DNA of 64,000 bases, from positions 363,535 to 427,534 of the forward strand of contig SRMA01025353.1 of assembly GCA_007224835.1 (NCBI GenBank), read 5' to 3'. Source of the DNA: Danionella cerebrum (lineage: Eukaryota). A model generated the notes under the pieces. The model saw only the letters and a program-made list of their open reading frames with translations. It did not search any database and was not told the origin of the DNA. A program made the position numbers and the translations under genes. Shown piece by piece: positions 1 to 10,376 of this stretch; positions within the stretch are counted from its first letter, which is position 1, and the number at the start of each line of letters is the position of its first letter.

Positions 1-340
1 ATGTTCGCTAAAAGAGTATAGATTTACAAGCAAATGTTTTAAAATTCCATCAAATATAAAAAAATGAAAGTATAAAATATTCCCCCCAAAAATCACAAAA
101 GCAAAACATGTTCCCTAAAACGAATGCATTTTCAAACAAAATCAAAATTGCATACATTTCCAAGTGAAAGCAAAAAATATTCCCAAACATTCATGCATTT
201 TAAAGTGAAAGCAAAACATTTTCAAGACAAACATGGTCTCAAAAAAATTCTAAATTCACAAGCGAAAAAAAAAAAAATCAACATCAATCAGTCCATGAAT
301 ATATCGGACACAATTCGTACATTTAGAATGAAAACCAGTT
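1..340. repeat. A-rich degenerate tandem repeat (aaagcaaaaNattcc / gcattttcaaa units)
   Basis: Visible ~40-bp periodicity. Likely spns1 intronic or 3'-region satellite-like sequence. Confidence 0.4.
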
Positions 341-636
341 AAAAATATGTACAAACATGTTAATTAATTCAAGTAAATCCTTGTAACAATAAAAAAAAAA
401 CATGACTTTTGGGAGACATTTTTACAATAATTGCTTTGGTCTCTATAGTTTTATGGTACGTAGAAATGAAAAGCATTATTTTCAAAGTGTATCCAGAATT
501 AAAATTATACCCATAGAATAGAGACATACAGAATAATTAATTCATTTGGATCAAACTAATACACATGACTTTTTATTCATTACTTATTTATGTGGCTATC
601 CCAAAAATAGACAGTGATGTCATCAGAATAACTTAC

Positions 637-805
637 CAGACGCCACATAGTTCTCTGCCAAATCTCGGTCTTTCTCTATAAAGAGAGCCGTGGCCAAAAA
701 GAAAGCCCCGCCCCCTACAGCCACAAAAGTGCACAGCAGCAGTGACAACTGAAGTGAACGAAACTCCCACATGTAAGAGTCTGACTCCTTTATCGAGTCT
801 GAAAC
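637..805 (-). CDS. spns1: spns1 coding exon 11 (VSDSIKESDSYMWEFRSLQLSLLLCTFVAVGGGAFFLATALFIEKDRDLAENYVAS); the terminal exon(s) were not located
   Basis: Matches human ISDRLRRNWPPSFLSEFRALQFSLMLCAFVGALGGAAFLGTAIFIEADRRRAQ. It ends at a strong GTAAGT donor at 636-631, in phase 1, so the CDS continues beyond the window start. Confidence 0.7.
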
Positions 806-894
806 CTTAACGGGTAAAAGAAAAGGATCCAAGCATTATTGCAAGTTCTGACGGCTTCAAAAAGCTTTTGAGTCCTTTAGTGAGATGAACATAC

Positions 895-993
895 CACTCC
901 AATGAGGTACGGGCTAATAGCGTCTCCAAGCAAGTGTGAGAGCACAATCTGAAAGGCTTCTGCAGTGGAACGCCGTGTAGGGATCACAACATA
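895..993 (-). CDS. spns1: spns1 coding exon 10 ([33 protein letters not shown])
   Basis: Near-identical to human [33 protein letters not shown]. Acceptor ttttcag, donor GTATGT. Confidence 0.8.
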
Positions 994-1662
994 CTGAAAA
1001 AGATAAACGCAACATCAAGTACTCAAGCATCACTCCAATTTTACATGATCTTTCACTTTTATTACAAGTCTATCTAAAATATTTGGTCATTCATTTATTT
1101 TCCAAACTGCTAATTCCCTTTTGGAGTCACAGGGGCCTGCCGGTGCCTATCTCCAGCGCGTATTTTGGCGAAAAGCAACGTGTCGCCAGTCCTTCGCAGG
1201 GCAACCTTCACTCACTCGTTCACAGCTAAGAGGAATTTAGATTATTCAGTTAACCTAACCGCATGTTTTTTGGGATTGTGGGGGAAACTGGAGTATCCGG
1301 AGGAAACCCACGCAAGCACGGGGAGAACATGCAAACTCCTTCCAGGAAGGTCACAGGAGAGCCTTCCAACTGGTAGGCCACAGTGCTACCCACTGCACCA
1401 CCTTCTTGCCCCTTTAAACCTTTATTTTCAGCAACCATGAGAAATTAATGTTCATGTTCTAAATATGAACCTAATTTTAAATACTAAGCCACTTAATGCT
1501 ATTGCTCAATGATCACTTTAAATGCTATTTTTTGTGTAACAACCAATAGAGTAGTTAAACTAGCTGCAAACACTATATAGTACACGAACTTGACTGTCCA
1601 GTTAAATCCTTAAATTCTTCATTCCTTTGACTTGTGTGAATAAAAAGTGAGGAAAAACTCAC

Positions 1663-1728
1663 CAGGAGAATGTCGGCAACAATGGCCCAATTCATAGATA
1701 GGAATGTCTCACCCAAAAAGATAAAGAC
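1663..1728 (-). CDS. spns1: spns1 coding exon 9 (VFIFLGETFLSMNWAIVADILL)
   Basis: Matches human IFIFIGETLLSMNWAIVADILL. Acceptor tttcatcag, donor GTGAGT. Confidence 0.8.
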
Positions 1729-1839
1729 CTGATGAAAGCACAAAAAGTCTGTTATCATTACAGTCAGCAATAACATTGGGAGAGAGAGAAGGAGGGGTGA
1801 GTTAATAACACAGTCAATGGGGTCAGATGAGTGTCTTAC

Positions 1840-2029
1840 ATATGTGGCCACAGTGCTGGCCTGAGCAAACATGATGGAAAGATACAGAAACGGAGCAGCG
1901 AGGAGAAGTCCTGCAGCACAGACTAGAGGGTCTGCTCGGGGTGTTCTGATCCTCAGCATCTTGCTGGCTTGCACTCCACTCGCTACACCCAAGATCCCTG
2001 TTACAACTGTGATGGTACCAAAAATCAGA
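1840..2029 (-). CDS. spns1: spns1 coding exon 8 (SLIFGTITVVTGILGVASGVQASKMLRIRTPRADPLVCAAGLLLAAPFLYLSIMFAQASTVATY)
   Basis: Matches human SLIFGLITCLTGVLGVGLGVEISRRLRHSNPRADPLVCATGLLGSAPFLFLSLACARGSIVATY. Donor GTAAGA. Confidence 0.8.
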
Positions 2030-2124
2030 CTGGAGGGAGATATCAGGAACGTCATTAGTAGATTGTTTGAAACGGAGTGAAAATTATAATCGAAATGGGA
2101 ACATAAGAGATAATGGTTTGGTAC

Positions 2125-2277
2125 CTGTCTGAGTCATCACATGGAGCTTTAAAGCAAGGCAGCTTCACTCCAGTGAAGACACCTGCTCTAAATAAAAAGG
2201 CAGGAGCCCACAGAGCCAATGATCCTGTCACAAATGCCACAGCGGTGAAACCGAATGTGGACAGAATAAAGCTTGGA
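2125..2277 (-). CDS. spns1: spns1 coding exon 7 (NPSFILSTFGFTAVAFVTGSLALWAPAFLFRAGVFTGVKLPCFKAPCDDSD)
   Basis: Matches human NPSFVLSSLGFTAVAFVTGSLALWAPAFLLRSRVVLGE. Acceptor tttttcag, donor GTACCA. Confidence 0.75.
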
Positions 2278-2384
2278 CTGAAAAAGAACAGATGCATTTA
2301 AGAAAATGAAAAAGAAAACGCATTTAGGTCTGGAAATAGAGATATTATTTTAAACGTGTAATTATTTTTCTCTTATGATCGAAC

Positions 2385-2870
2385 CGTTCAAGTCACATAC
2401 AGTTGTGCTCATGAGTTTACATACGCTGGCAAATTTTCTGATTTCTTGGCCATTTTTTCAAAACTAATAAACATGGTTAGGTGAAGTAATTTCTTGTCAA
2501 ATAACTGTGTTTACTCTTTTTAAATCAAAATGACAACAGAAACTTTGAACCTGATCAAAAGTTTACACTAAAAAAGTAATATTTTGTAACATAAATGACA
2601 GCCTGAGGTCTCTTGAGGTAGTTGTGGATGAAGGTCTTTATCTTCTCTGTTGGTAAAGCAGCACATTTTTCTTGGCAAAAAGCCTCCAACTCTTGTAAAT
2701 TGAGTTCTCTCCAGACTGGTTCAATGAAATTGTCTGGTGAAACCAATCACAAGTAGACTTGGCCTTGTGTTTTGGATCGTTATCATGTTGGAATGTCCAG
2801 CAACGTCCCATGTGCAGCTTCCGGGCTAATGATGCACATTTTCCTTTGAGAACAAGCTGCATTCATCTTC
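2385..2870 (-). mobile_element. Tc1-like DNA transposon remnant (terminal repeat cagttgtgctcatgagtttacatac plus a transposase fragment with FQHDNDPKH) inside a spns1 intron
   Basis: Track ORF 2638-2862 (-) contains [16 protein letters not shown], the Tc1 DDE-region signature. The terminal sequence TTTACATAC is Tc1-like. Confidence 0.7.
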
Positions 2871-3158
2871 CCAAAAATTCTGATAAAGTTTCATGTGCCT
2901 TTGGAGCTCATACATCCCCACATCACTGCCTTTTGTTTCACTTTGCGTTCCATTCATGTTGACTCCTCTCCAAATTTTGTGTTTCTGGTTATGGCCCAAC
3001 CACTAACCATACATAGAAAAAAATGCTTTTGTGCCGTATTTTCTGGAAAAAAAAAAAAATGCCCTAGAAATCAGGCAATTTGTCAGGGTGTGTAAATGTA
3101 TGAGCGGAAATGTTTAATATTACACCAGGAAAAAAAATATTACTTAAAATTGACTGAC

Positions 3159-3301
3159 TTTTTACAAAGTGCTTTCATATCCGCAAACCAGCTGGTTCTG
3201 TGCAGCGTGTGCTCGGGGTGAGCTTCAATTGCGCCTCGCTTTGGTTCATGGACCACAAAGAACAAGAGGAACACAGCTACAATTCCTAAACCTGGTGTCA
3301 C
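3159..3301 (-). CDS. spns1: spns1 coding exon 6 (VTPGLGIVAVFLLFFVVHEPKRGAIEAHPEHTLHRTSWFADMKALCK)
   Basis: Matches human VTPGLGVVAVLLLFLVVREPPRGAVERH...TSWWADLRALAR. Acceptor ttcttcag, donor GTCAGT, ends in phase 2. Confidence 0.75.
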
Positions 3302-3379
3302 CTGAAGAAGAGACAAAGCGTTGAGAAAAAGGAACAACTTTCATCTGGTGATTAAAACATCTACATGCAAAGACATACC

Positions 3380-3446
3380 CGAAGTGCCCAGTGCCAGTCC
3401 TCGGCCATATTATCCACCTTTGAGCCCACGATATACCCAAGACCAC
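3380..3446 (-). CDS. spns1: spns1 coding exon 5 (SGLGYIVGSKVDNMAEDWHWALR)
   Basis: Matches human [23 protein letters not shown]. Acceptor cctcag, donor GTATGT. Confidence 0.8.
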
Positions 3447-3556
3447 TGAGGATACAACAGCAATAGATATAAGGAGAACTGGGATGAACACAACATGGTA
3501 ACAAAATAATAACATGAAAACCCAGAGCATTGTCACTAATGGAAGATGTGTATTAC

Positions 3557-3708
3557 CTGCCCACTGGGATTGCAAAGTAAAAGATGGAGAGCATGTTCGT
3601 TCTCTTTTCCTTGATGAAGAGGTCAGCAATGACCGTGGGAGCGATGGTCGAATAACTGGCTTCCCCAACACCCACCAGCCCTCTCGTCAACAACAGCGCC
3701 CAGAAATG
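3557..3708 (-). CDS. spns1: spns1 coding exon 4 ([50 protein letters not shown])
   Basis: Near-identical to human [32 protein letters not shown]...[13 protein letters not shown]. Acceptor tcatag, donor GTAATA. Confidence 0.8.
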
Positions 3709-3811
3709 CTATGAAAGGTTTAATCTTGTTTAGTTTAATGAACCTACACAGACTAAAGCAAAGACTTTTTATGTTGGGGATATCTCATAGATGTTTTTGG
3801 AATGGGCTTAC

Positions 3812-3948
3812 GTCTTTCCCGATGAAGGAGCTGGCCAGTGTTACTATGGACCAGAAGAAAATCCCCACGCACATAATCAGCTTCCTATTGTACCGGTCAC
3901 CAAGGTATCCAAAGAGTGGAGCCAAGAACATGTAGCTGCAGATGAAGA
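3812..3948 (-). CDS. spns1: spns1 coding exon 3 ([46 protein letters not shown])
   Basis: Matches human [44 protein letters not shown]. Acceptor cctcttcag, donor GTAAGC. Confidence 0.8.
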
Positions 3949-4019
3949 CTGAAGAGGAAACAAGGACTAATTAAACTGCTACTAATAATCGCATGTACTA
4001 CACTCTGCAGAATGCGCAC

Positions 4020-4085
4020 CTGTCTGAAGTAGCCCTGACTTTCCATCGCTTATGCTGAAGAAATGCTCAATGTCTGGAAGTACAC
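4020..4085 (-). CDS. spns1: spns1 coding exon 2 (VLPDIEHFFSISDGKSGLLQT)
   Basis: Matches human VLPDIEQFFNIGDSSSGLIQT. Acceptor tttcag, donor GTGCGC, phase continuous with exon 1. Confidence 0.75.
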
Positions 4086-4352
4086 CTGAAAGAAAGAACA
4101 TATCTCAAAATACTGATATTAAAGTGAAACAATAGGGTAAGAGCCTGTAATCTATACCTTTAGTAAAATGCTCAGCATAAATGAGTATACACAAGTTTGT
4201 CAGAAAACGTTAAGTAAAAAATGTTTCTCAAGCCCATGTTGGGGTGTTTTCAGTTTTGCTTCAAGCAATTTAAGTGAAACTGTAGAATGCTGAAGAGCCA
4301 TCGACGCTATACTTGGCATTACAGCGTTGTGTTGTGTGGTTGATCTTGTCAC

Positions 4353-4554
4353 CTGCCACTGTGAATCTGTCCATATAATTCAATAAGTTGATATAGCAGA
4401 GCACAATCACAGTCAATTTCGCTCTTCTGTCGGACACTCCACTGGCAGGCTCCTCCTCTTCAGGCTGAGTAGATCCCACCCCATTTTTAATAGGCCCCTC
4501 CTCCTCATTATCATCCGAGAAGAAGGGTGTGGTATCTGCCTCTGTTTGAGACAT
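4353..4554 (-). CDS. spns1: spinster homolog 1 (MFS lysophospholipid transporter), coding exon 1. ATG at 4554-4552; the exon itself begins at an acceptor at 4562, so a non-coding 5' exon lies upstream
   Basis: Translation MSQTEADTTPFFSDDNEEEGPIKNGVGSTQPEEEEPASGVSDRRAKLTVIVLCYINLLNYMDRFTVAG matches the spinster N-terminus (human SPNS1 ...ALIVAVLCYINLLNYMDRFTVAG). Donor GTGACA follows. Confidence 0.8.
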
Positions 4555-5749
4555 CGCTCCTGCTGAAAAAAACAAAGAGGACAAAAATTATATCAGTGCA
4601 CAAAACTAGTTCAAGAACAATTGACCTCATCGCGCAAACGATGGTGGTTCTAATAAAATAAAAATCATATTTCTTAAGTTTTTTTTTAAGATTGTAACAG
4701 ATCTCTGGGTTGTATATAGCCTTAATTCAGATTTCAAACAGTGGAGAAGAATGCACTGCGTAAACAGAAGAAATGTGAGATATATCTGTTAAGATTCATA
4801 TTTTTTTAATAATGCACCCAAGCAAACCAATTGCTCCGGTGACAATGGTTTGATTGTGATTTTTGCTTCAGTGCAGAAAAATCTCGGATAAATTAAGCAA
4901 ATCTTACATAATATCATAATATCTGCACAAAAACTTAGTAATAGTAAGAAATACACCTTTCCAATTAGTGAATACATATGTTAAGATGTTGTATATTCTG
5001 TTGTGATACTGTTTAATTAAGTAAACTCTAAAATAATTCAAATTTATTAAAAAAAGATTGCATTTAGATTTTCTAAAACGTTCCCGATCACCAACTCTAT
5101 TCTGAAACGGGATTTGGCAAAATAGAGGACAATATCCTCTTTTCAGATGCAAAGTTTCAAAATATGAGGAAGATGGTGAAGGAAGCTTGTGATCCAAATC
5201 AATCTAACCACAGTGTCATGTGAATTTTAGGAAATAGCGAGGAATAACTTGTTGCAGAAATCTGAATCCATTTACACATGCATACTAATTAAATGTAGCT
5301 ATAAGTTTAAGGGCATGTTTTTTGCAGAGGCAGAACCCAAAGACGTTGAAAAGGCACTCCAGAAGATCCTTTATCAACTTTTAGTTATCTGAAATGTCAG
5401 CTAAACCCAGTTTGAGATGAAGCAGCTTTTGTTGCTGACTGAGGACATCTGATGCTGGGGTTGACAAACACTAGATCTATGTTCACTGGACAGTTAAGCA
5501 ACATGTCCAGTCAGCTGAGCGTCCAGGAAACTAAAGGCGCACGGAAAATCTGTATTTTGCTTTTTGGGCGTAGTTGATGTTAACTTCCATTACATTTGTA
5601 TACATTTTTATATTATAAAACACAACTAAAAGTTTGTTTTAACATATGCGTTGTTAGTAAATTTGAAAAACAAAAAAGGCATAGACAACCAAGGCTTTAG
5701 AACAAGAAACACGAATTGTCTCCTATCTGTTGTGTCCTATGCTTTGTTT

Positions 5750-6010
5750 ACTGATCGGTGACACCCTTCGAACGTTACAGTAAGTTACGTTACCTGCAAA
5801 GTCAGTCTTTGGCGTCCTCGGCGTCTCCTTCGAGCTTACTCCTGGTGGTTGAGAGGTTCCAATCCGATAACTTTACCTGACCTCCTGAGTGAACATTTTA
5901 ACGGCGGTGCATGTACTCTATTGGGACAGAGCAGCGGTGCAGTGGAGTTTTGTTGATTTACAAGATCAGCACGACGCCATCTTGGAATTACGCAGTATTT
6001 CCGGTATAGT
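5750..6010 (-). promoter_or_regulatory. spns1: Putative spns1 non-coding first exon and core promoter. CpG-containing, with candidate donors CAG|GTAAAG (~5877) and CAG|GTAACG (~5797)
   Basis: The coding exon 1 acceptor at 4562 implies an upstream 5' exon. This is the only CpG-rich, non-repetitive segment between spns1 and the nfatc2ip 3' end. It holds an ETS-like CCGGAAAT motif. Confidence 0.3.
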
Positions 6011-6594
6011 CATGTGAGGGCAACCCCCCCCCCCAAGACAGAAATGAAAACACGACGTACGCATCTCGTGTTTTGATAACGTTTTTTTACTTTCACAAGA
6101 GCATATTATTAAAAATGGCCACCACGTGAATTAATAAAAAAACCCAAAACTTAATTATACAATATTGAAAAAGTATCTTTAAGAAAAAAAACAACCACCA
6201 CACAAAACCGCTTTACCCTTAAATTAATTTTTGTCCCCGTTCCTTCATTTTTAACTCTGTTACTTTTGTAAATATATTAATAATTAAACTATACGTTTAA
6301 TATAAATCTATAGATACAATTAAATGTACTAAATAAGTGCATTTATTCATTAATAAACACATCTAATTATTGTATTTGATTATTAATTTTTGCTCACCTT
6401 ATGAATCCATAAATGTTAAATTGCGTAGAATTGCTATTGAACTATTCTGTTCTGTTTCAGACTGTAATAGGTCATAATGAAGCTTTAAATTTTAACCTTA
6501 AATGTGTAAACAAATCATCTAAAAAAATTCCAGGAGAAAAAGCCTCTAATAGCTTAATTAACATATACATGCAACACAATTATTGCACACAATG

Positions 6595-6625
6595 TCAATT
6601 TATTGAAATTTTATTAAGCAATGAA
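6595..6625 (-). terminator. nfatc2ip: nfatc2ip poly(A) signals (two AATAAA hexamers on the minus strand) about 120-150 nt after the stop
   Basis: The minus-strand reading contains cttAATAAAatttcAATAAAttgac downstream of the stop codon. Confidence 0.45.
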
Positions 6626-6742
6626 ACTATTCCGCTAAACTCTAAAACTAGTTTGGTACCTCTACAAACTTAATTTACATGTGTTCTGCTCAGAACAAAT
6701 AAAATTAACTTCTTTGCGACAACTGAAACATTTCAGTAGCAT

Positions 6743-6904
6743 TTAGGTCCAGACTTCTATGACATCACCATCCTCCATGTCCAGGTCAGCTGGGGTCTGA
6801 TCAAAGGAGACCCTTGTACCGTCAAAGTAGAACTTGGCCCTCCTTCTAGCCCTGGCAGGCCAACTAGAAACATACTGATCCAAGACGGTCCCAAGAGGAG
6901 CATT
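6743..6904 (-). CDS. nfatc2ip: nfatc2ip terminal coding exon (NAPLGTVLDQYVSSWPARARRRAKFYFDGTRVSFDQTPADLDMEDGDVIEVWT, stop TAA)
   Basis: KFYFDGTRVSFDQTPADLDMEDGDVIEVW matches the human NFATC2IP C-terminus SFFFDGTKLSGRELPADLGMESGDLIEVWG. Acceptor tattatag. Confidence 0.85.
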   Translation of the reverse strand, partial: NAPLGTVLDQYVSSWPARARRRAKFYFDGTRVSFDQTPADLDMEDGDVIEVWT

Positions 6905-6976
6905 CTATAATAAACAAATGAATATATGCACTGCTTGTATTTACAAGAATAAATGTAAAAGACAAAGCAAACAGAC

Positions 6977-7071
6977 ATTTTTAATTGAATACTCCAGCAG
7001 CGATGTTTTTTCTTTGCCTTGGAGCCGCACAGTAATGACATCACTCGTGCTACTCTCCTCACGTTTGTTCT
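6977..7071 (-). CDS. nfatc2ip: nfatc2ip coding exon 8 (ENKREESSTSDVITVRLQGKEKTSLLEYSIKN); start of Ubl domain 2
   Basis: VRLQGKEK is the conserved start of NIP45 ULD2 (human RLRVQGKEK). Acceptor aacag. The donor GTCTGT is weak, so the 3' boundary is uncertain by a few nt. Confidence 0.6.
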
Positions 7072-7173
7072 CTGTTATTACACAATCTGAACACAGAAGA
7101 TAAAAAGAACGACTCATGCAGATTTCTGAATATGTTAAACATAAACAATAAACACAAAGTGAATAATTATTAC

Positions 7174-7318
7174 CTATTATATCAGCTATGCCGAGACCCA
7201 GCTCTGCAATGGAGGAGTGAACAGGAAGGTCCATGTCTTTCTTTAATAGCAGAATGTGGCTGGATGAGACATTGAGTTTGAGGGCAAGTTGTTCTACAGC
7301 TTTACTTAAAGGAGCAGT
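7174..7318 (-). CDS. nfatc2ip: nfatc2ip coding exon 7 (TAPLSKAVEQLALKLNVSSSHILLLKKDMDLPVHSSIAELGLGIADII); remainder of Ubl domain 1
   Basis: Ubl-fold C-terminal half (LPVHSSIAELGLGIADII, compare human PADLGLESGDLIEV). Acceptor gattgcag, donor AG|GTAATA. Confidence 0.7.
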
Positions 7319-7402
7319 CTGCAATCATAAGATTTACACAAACTACAGTCCACTTCCCATTGAAAATGGTTTAAACGGAAATTGATGAAATGTTCCACTT
7401 AC

Positions 7403-7649
7403 AGTCAGCAGTGGGATTTTGTATAACTCTGTTCGGCATCGAAATTTTAGCGAGATTACTCGTCCTCTGTCCTCAGCATTTGAGGGACGTCTATTCTGTT
7501 TATTGTCAGATGAAATGATAATGATATCGTCGTCATCATCGTAGTCCTTTCCTGGAGAAGGAGAGCTTCTATATTCGATTTCAGGCTCTTGAGGTTCAGG
7601 AGAACAGTATACGAGAGAGCCAATCGCATCCAGTTTTCTGTTGATTTCT
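7403..7649 (-). CDS. nfatc2ip: nfatc2ip coding exon 6 (EINRKLDAIGSLVYCSPEPQEPEIEYRSSPSPGKDYDDDDDIIIISSDNKQNRRPSNAEDRGRVISLKFRCRTELYKIPLLT); start of ubiquitin-like domain 1
   Basis: RVISLKFRCRTEL matches the start of human NIP45 ULD1 (RLRFRCRADL). Acceptor tttaccag, donor GTAAGT. Confidence 0.7.
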
Positions 7650-8152
7650 CTGGTAAAGCAAACGTGTTCGTTATGCCGTACCTCTTATACTTTAATTATA
7701 TACATTCTTCTAATATCAAGCATCATTAGGTTCCATTTCTCTCACTTACTCCTAGAAACAGAGGCTGAAAATATACCCCCATGAATCAGCTATTAATCAT
7801 ACATTATTCCTGTAAAACTAGCATTTTTGTCCTTTAAATTACTTGCTGGGTCCAAGGATCACTAGAAACGTAGAGCTACACAGAACTTGTTCATTCACAA
7901 AAGATTTGGATCCCTCCTTTCCCTCAAGTAAATGTACAAAAGGGCTCAGAAGTAGAAGTTAAACTCAGTCCTGGTCTAGTACATCTCTGTTCTTCCATTA
8001 ATCCACATCCCAGAATCTCCAAACCTAACAGGAGGTCCTTAATTCGTGTGCACTGGTGTGTTTTGTTAACAATGAAGCTAAACAGTGCCAGTTTGAGGCA
8101 CTACAGGAACAGAGTTGCCTTCCCTTGCCTTAGAGACCGCATTAATACTCAC

Positions 8153-8236
8153 AGTAGTTTTTTGTTTGCCCGTCTGCTCCGTTTCATCTGAGGAGTACAT
8201 AGTGGAGGAGGTGGAGATGGGGAATGAAAGGTTTCT
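8153..8236 (-). CDS. nfatc2ip: nfatc2ip coding exon 5 (ETFHSPSPPPPLCTPQMKRSRRANKKL)
   Basis: Acceptor ctctttag, donor GTGAGT. The proline-rich plus basic stretch resembles human NFATC2IP PPPSPP...RRSRRLR. Confidence 0.55.
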
Positions 8237-8739
8237 CTAAAGAGCACAGGGATGGTTTAGGTTAAAGAAGATGTATTAAGTGAGGTCTGTTAATTAATAA
8301 ATAAACAAACCTAGAACCTCATACATCAAAGTAATAAATGTATATATCTGCTAAGCATTCATTTCTGTCTGTTTTGGCCTTTGGCAGCTATTATAGGTGA
8401 TGAAGTGAAGTAGAGTTCAATAAAACCCAGAATCGGGTTCGCAACCACAAAATAAGATTTCGACTATGAAAATGGTAATAATGTGCAGCACATTTTTATA
8501 TATGGACAAAAAAAGTTTTAGACCTAAAATAAAAGTGAAAAAGCATGTAAAATATTAAAAAGATTGGCTCTCGAACATAGGTCTCAAATATGTGATTCAA
8601 AAACCGTATCATCCAAAAGCTTTAATATTACCAGCTAAATAAATAACTCATAACAAAACCCAAATAAAAAAAGATTTACCTTCTTTCTGAATACCTCTGC
8701 CAAAATTACTTTTTTGACAATCCTCTTAAAATCACTTAC

Positions 8740-8836
8740 CGAGGCTCTGTCGGCTCTGTTTCCTCTTCTGAGCCACTCAGATCGATGCTAACTACTGGTT
8801 TATATTTACGGGGTGGGGAATGATCCTTTTCTTCAT
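8740..8836 (-). CDS. nfatc2ip: nfatc2ip coding exon 4 (DEEKDHSPPRKYKPVVSIDLSGSEEETEPTEP); acidic, serine-rich
   Basis: Acceptor attctag, donor GTAAGT. Frame is continuous. The acidic SIDLSGSEEE stretch is typical of the NIP45 N-terminal region. Confidence 0.55.
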
Positions 8837-9041
8837 CTAGAATTCGGTAGACATCAGGGAAAAAATTATTTTATTTGGTTATTTTAAGTATTTAGGGATT
8901 AGAGTTTGTCTACATTTAGGACATCCCACATCAAGTAGTCAACATAAATAGTTTGACTTTTCTCCATAAACAAGATGTACGTATAGAATGCAGTAAAAAA
9001 AAAATACATTTCACACAGATTTACACAAGAGGTAACTTTAC

Positions 9042-9096
9042 CTTTCAAACTGGTGTGCCTGAAAGTTGCTGGATTCAGATTGAGTGAGCTGTTTAC
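9042..9096 (-). CDS. nfatc2ip: nfatc2ip coding exon 3 (VNSSLNLNPATFRHTSLK)
   Basis: Acceptor tgtatgcag, donor GTAAAG. It supplies the phase-1 nucleotide that the next exon requires. Confidence 0.5.
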
Positions 9097-9189
9097 CTGC
9101 ATACAATTTTAATTATTGTCTGCTGTATTTCCACTTTATACACCAATCTTATGTTGTTGTTTTTGTAAAGTTGAGCAATATATTCGCAC

Positions 9190-9297
9190 CTTGTTGGAAT
9201 ACACAGGTACAGTAGTGATGGACGAGGCGTTGATGAGACGTCGACGCTTGGGAGGTTTTGATACTGGAACAGTAACATCACTGACGGTGACAGACGG
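9190..9297 (-). CDS. nfatc2ip: nfatc2ip coding exon 2 (PSVTVSDVTVPVSKPPKRRRLINASSITTVPVYSNK) with a basic NLS-like KRRR
   Basis: Open frame between acceptor acttcag and donor GTGCGA. Phase is consistent with the flanking exons. Confidence 0.55.
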
Positions 9298-9993
9298 CTG
9301 AAGTTAAACAAAAAGAATGCATCTGAGTTCAAGTACATAGACTTTTTAAAACACAAGTTGCCAAGGAAACCATTAAAATGACCTTATTAATCTATGAAAA
9401 TTAATCTACGAGACACTGCACAAACATTTGGAGTTAGGTTTTTGCCTTGAAGCCAAACCATATACTCTTGCACACGGAAGAACTGCAGCCAAACGAATCT
9501 GGAACTTTAGAATTGGCAATGTTGGGGAAGTTAGTTTAGTTACAGTAGATAAATACACAATCTGCTTATTTCAAGGCCAATTTAATTTAATTATTCTGTA
9601 TGCGCAATTTTTTCTATGCCAAAGATCAACTTTGAAAGAAATTTGGTGTTTGAGCTGAACGAAATAGAACACATTTATAATTTTCTTCTTTTACATAGCA
9701 AAAAAAATTAATTTAATCCGTAGAGCTCCATGTAGAATATACTTAATGGGAAATCAGAATGCCTCTTTTTGTGCACAAGTTGCCGATACCTAGGCTAAAC
9801 TAAACTTACGTTTACGTAGATGTTAAGTACAGCACCGTTTAGAAACGAACGTTTATAATAATTTAAACAAAACAGCTGAAAGGCGTTTTAACAATCTTTA
9901 ATTATAAAAAGAGATTAGCATGCTATCGCTAACGTCACAAAATTCTGTGCGTTTACTCCTACTTTCGCTATCCTGTTAAGAACGAAATCTCAC

Positions 9994-10005
9994 CGTTTCA
10001 TCCAT
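9994..10005 (-). CDS. nfatc2ip: nfatc2ip first coding exon, 4 codons (MDET), followed by donor GTGAGA
   Basis: ATG at 10005-10003 in a CpG-containing promoter context. The phase-0 donor joins in frame to exon 2. It is the only arrangement I found that keeps the frame, but a 12-nt coding segment needs transcript confirmation. Confidence 0.45.
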
Positions 10006-10009
10006 ATTG

Positions 10010-10330
10010 CGTTTCTCCGCACAGTCCTCCAATAGTCGTTCCGCCTCTGCTTGTCATTCTACAATCTCTCTGCCTCCATTGGTTCAATGAAGTTTATGTC
10101 CCGCCTTACCTGCATTTTCATTTGACAAATAGGGAAGACTTAAACCCGCCTCCGCTTTATTCCAATTGGCTGATCCGGCGCCATTAACCGTTTCTATCTT
10201 TTCTTTGATTGGTTTAGCTTGGCGATTATCCTTTTCACTCTACGCCTCTCGATGCGTAATGGGAAGCGACTAAGCTGCAGTTCCTCAACAGGCCGCTTGA
10301 AGCTGGCTCCAATAGCCCAAAAGGCAAAAG
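10010..10330 (-). promoter_or_regulatory. nfatc2ip: nfatc2ip promoter region with CCAAT/ATTGG boxes (ccaattggctg at ~10161, ttgattggttt at ~10205), CpG-containing
   Basis: It lies immediately upstream of the ATG and first donor. Palindromic CCAAT boxes and CpG dinucleotides are present, unlike the surrounding AT-rich DNA. Confidence 0.4.
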
Positions 10331-10376
10331 AAATTATATTTCCACCCCTGGCTCCAATCTTTTTAATGTTGTAGAT

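Noticed and set aside
1573-2055. 160-aa minus-strand ORF that looks like a single long spns1 exon
   Set aside because: The ORF reads through an intron. Homology breaks at VATY|RHSSDP and resumes at VFIFLGETF after a GTAAGA donor (1839) and a tttcatcag acceptor (1729). I split it into exons 8 and 9.
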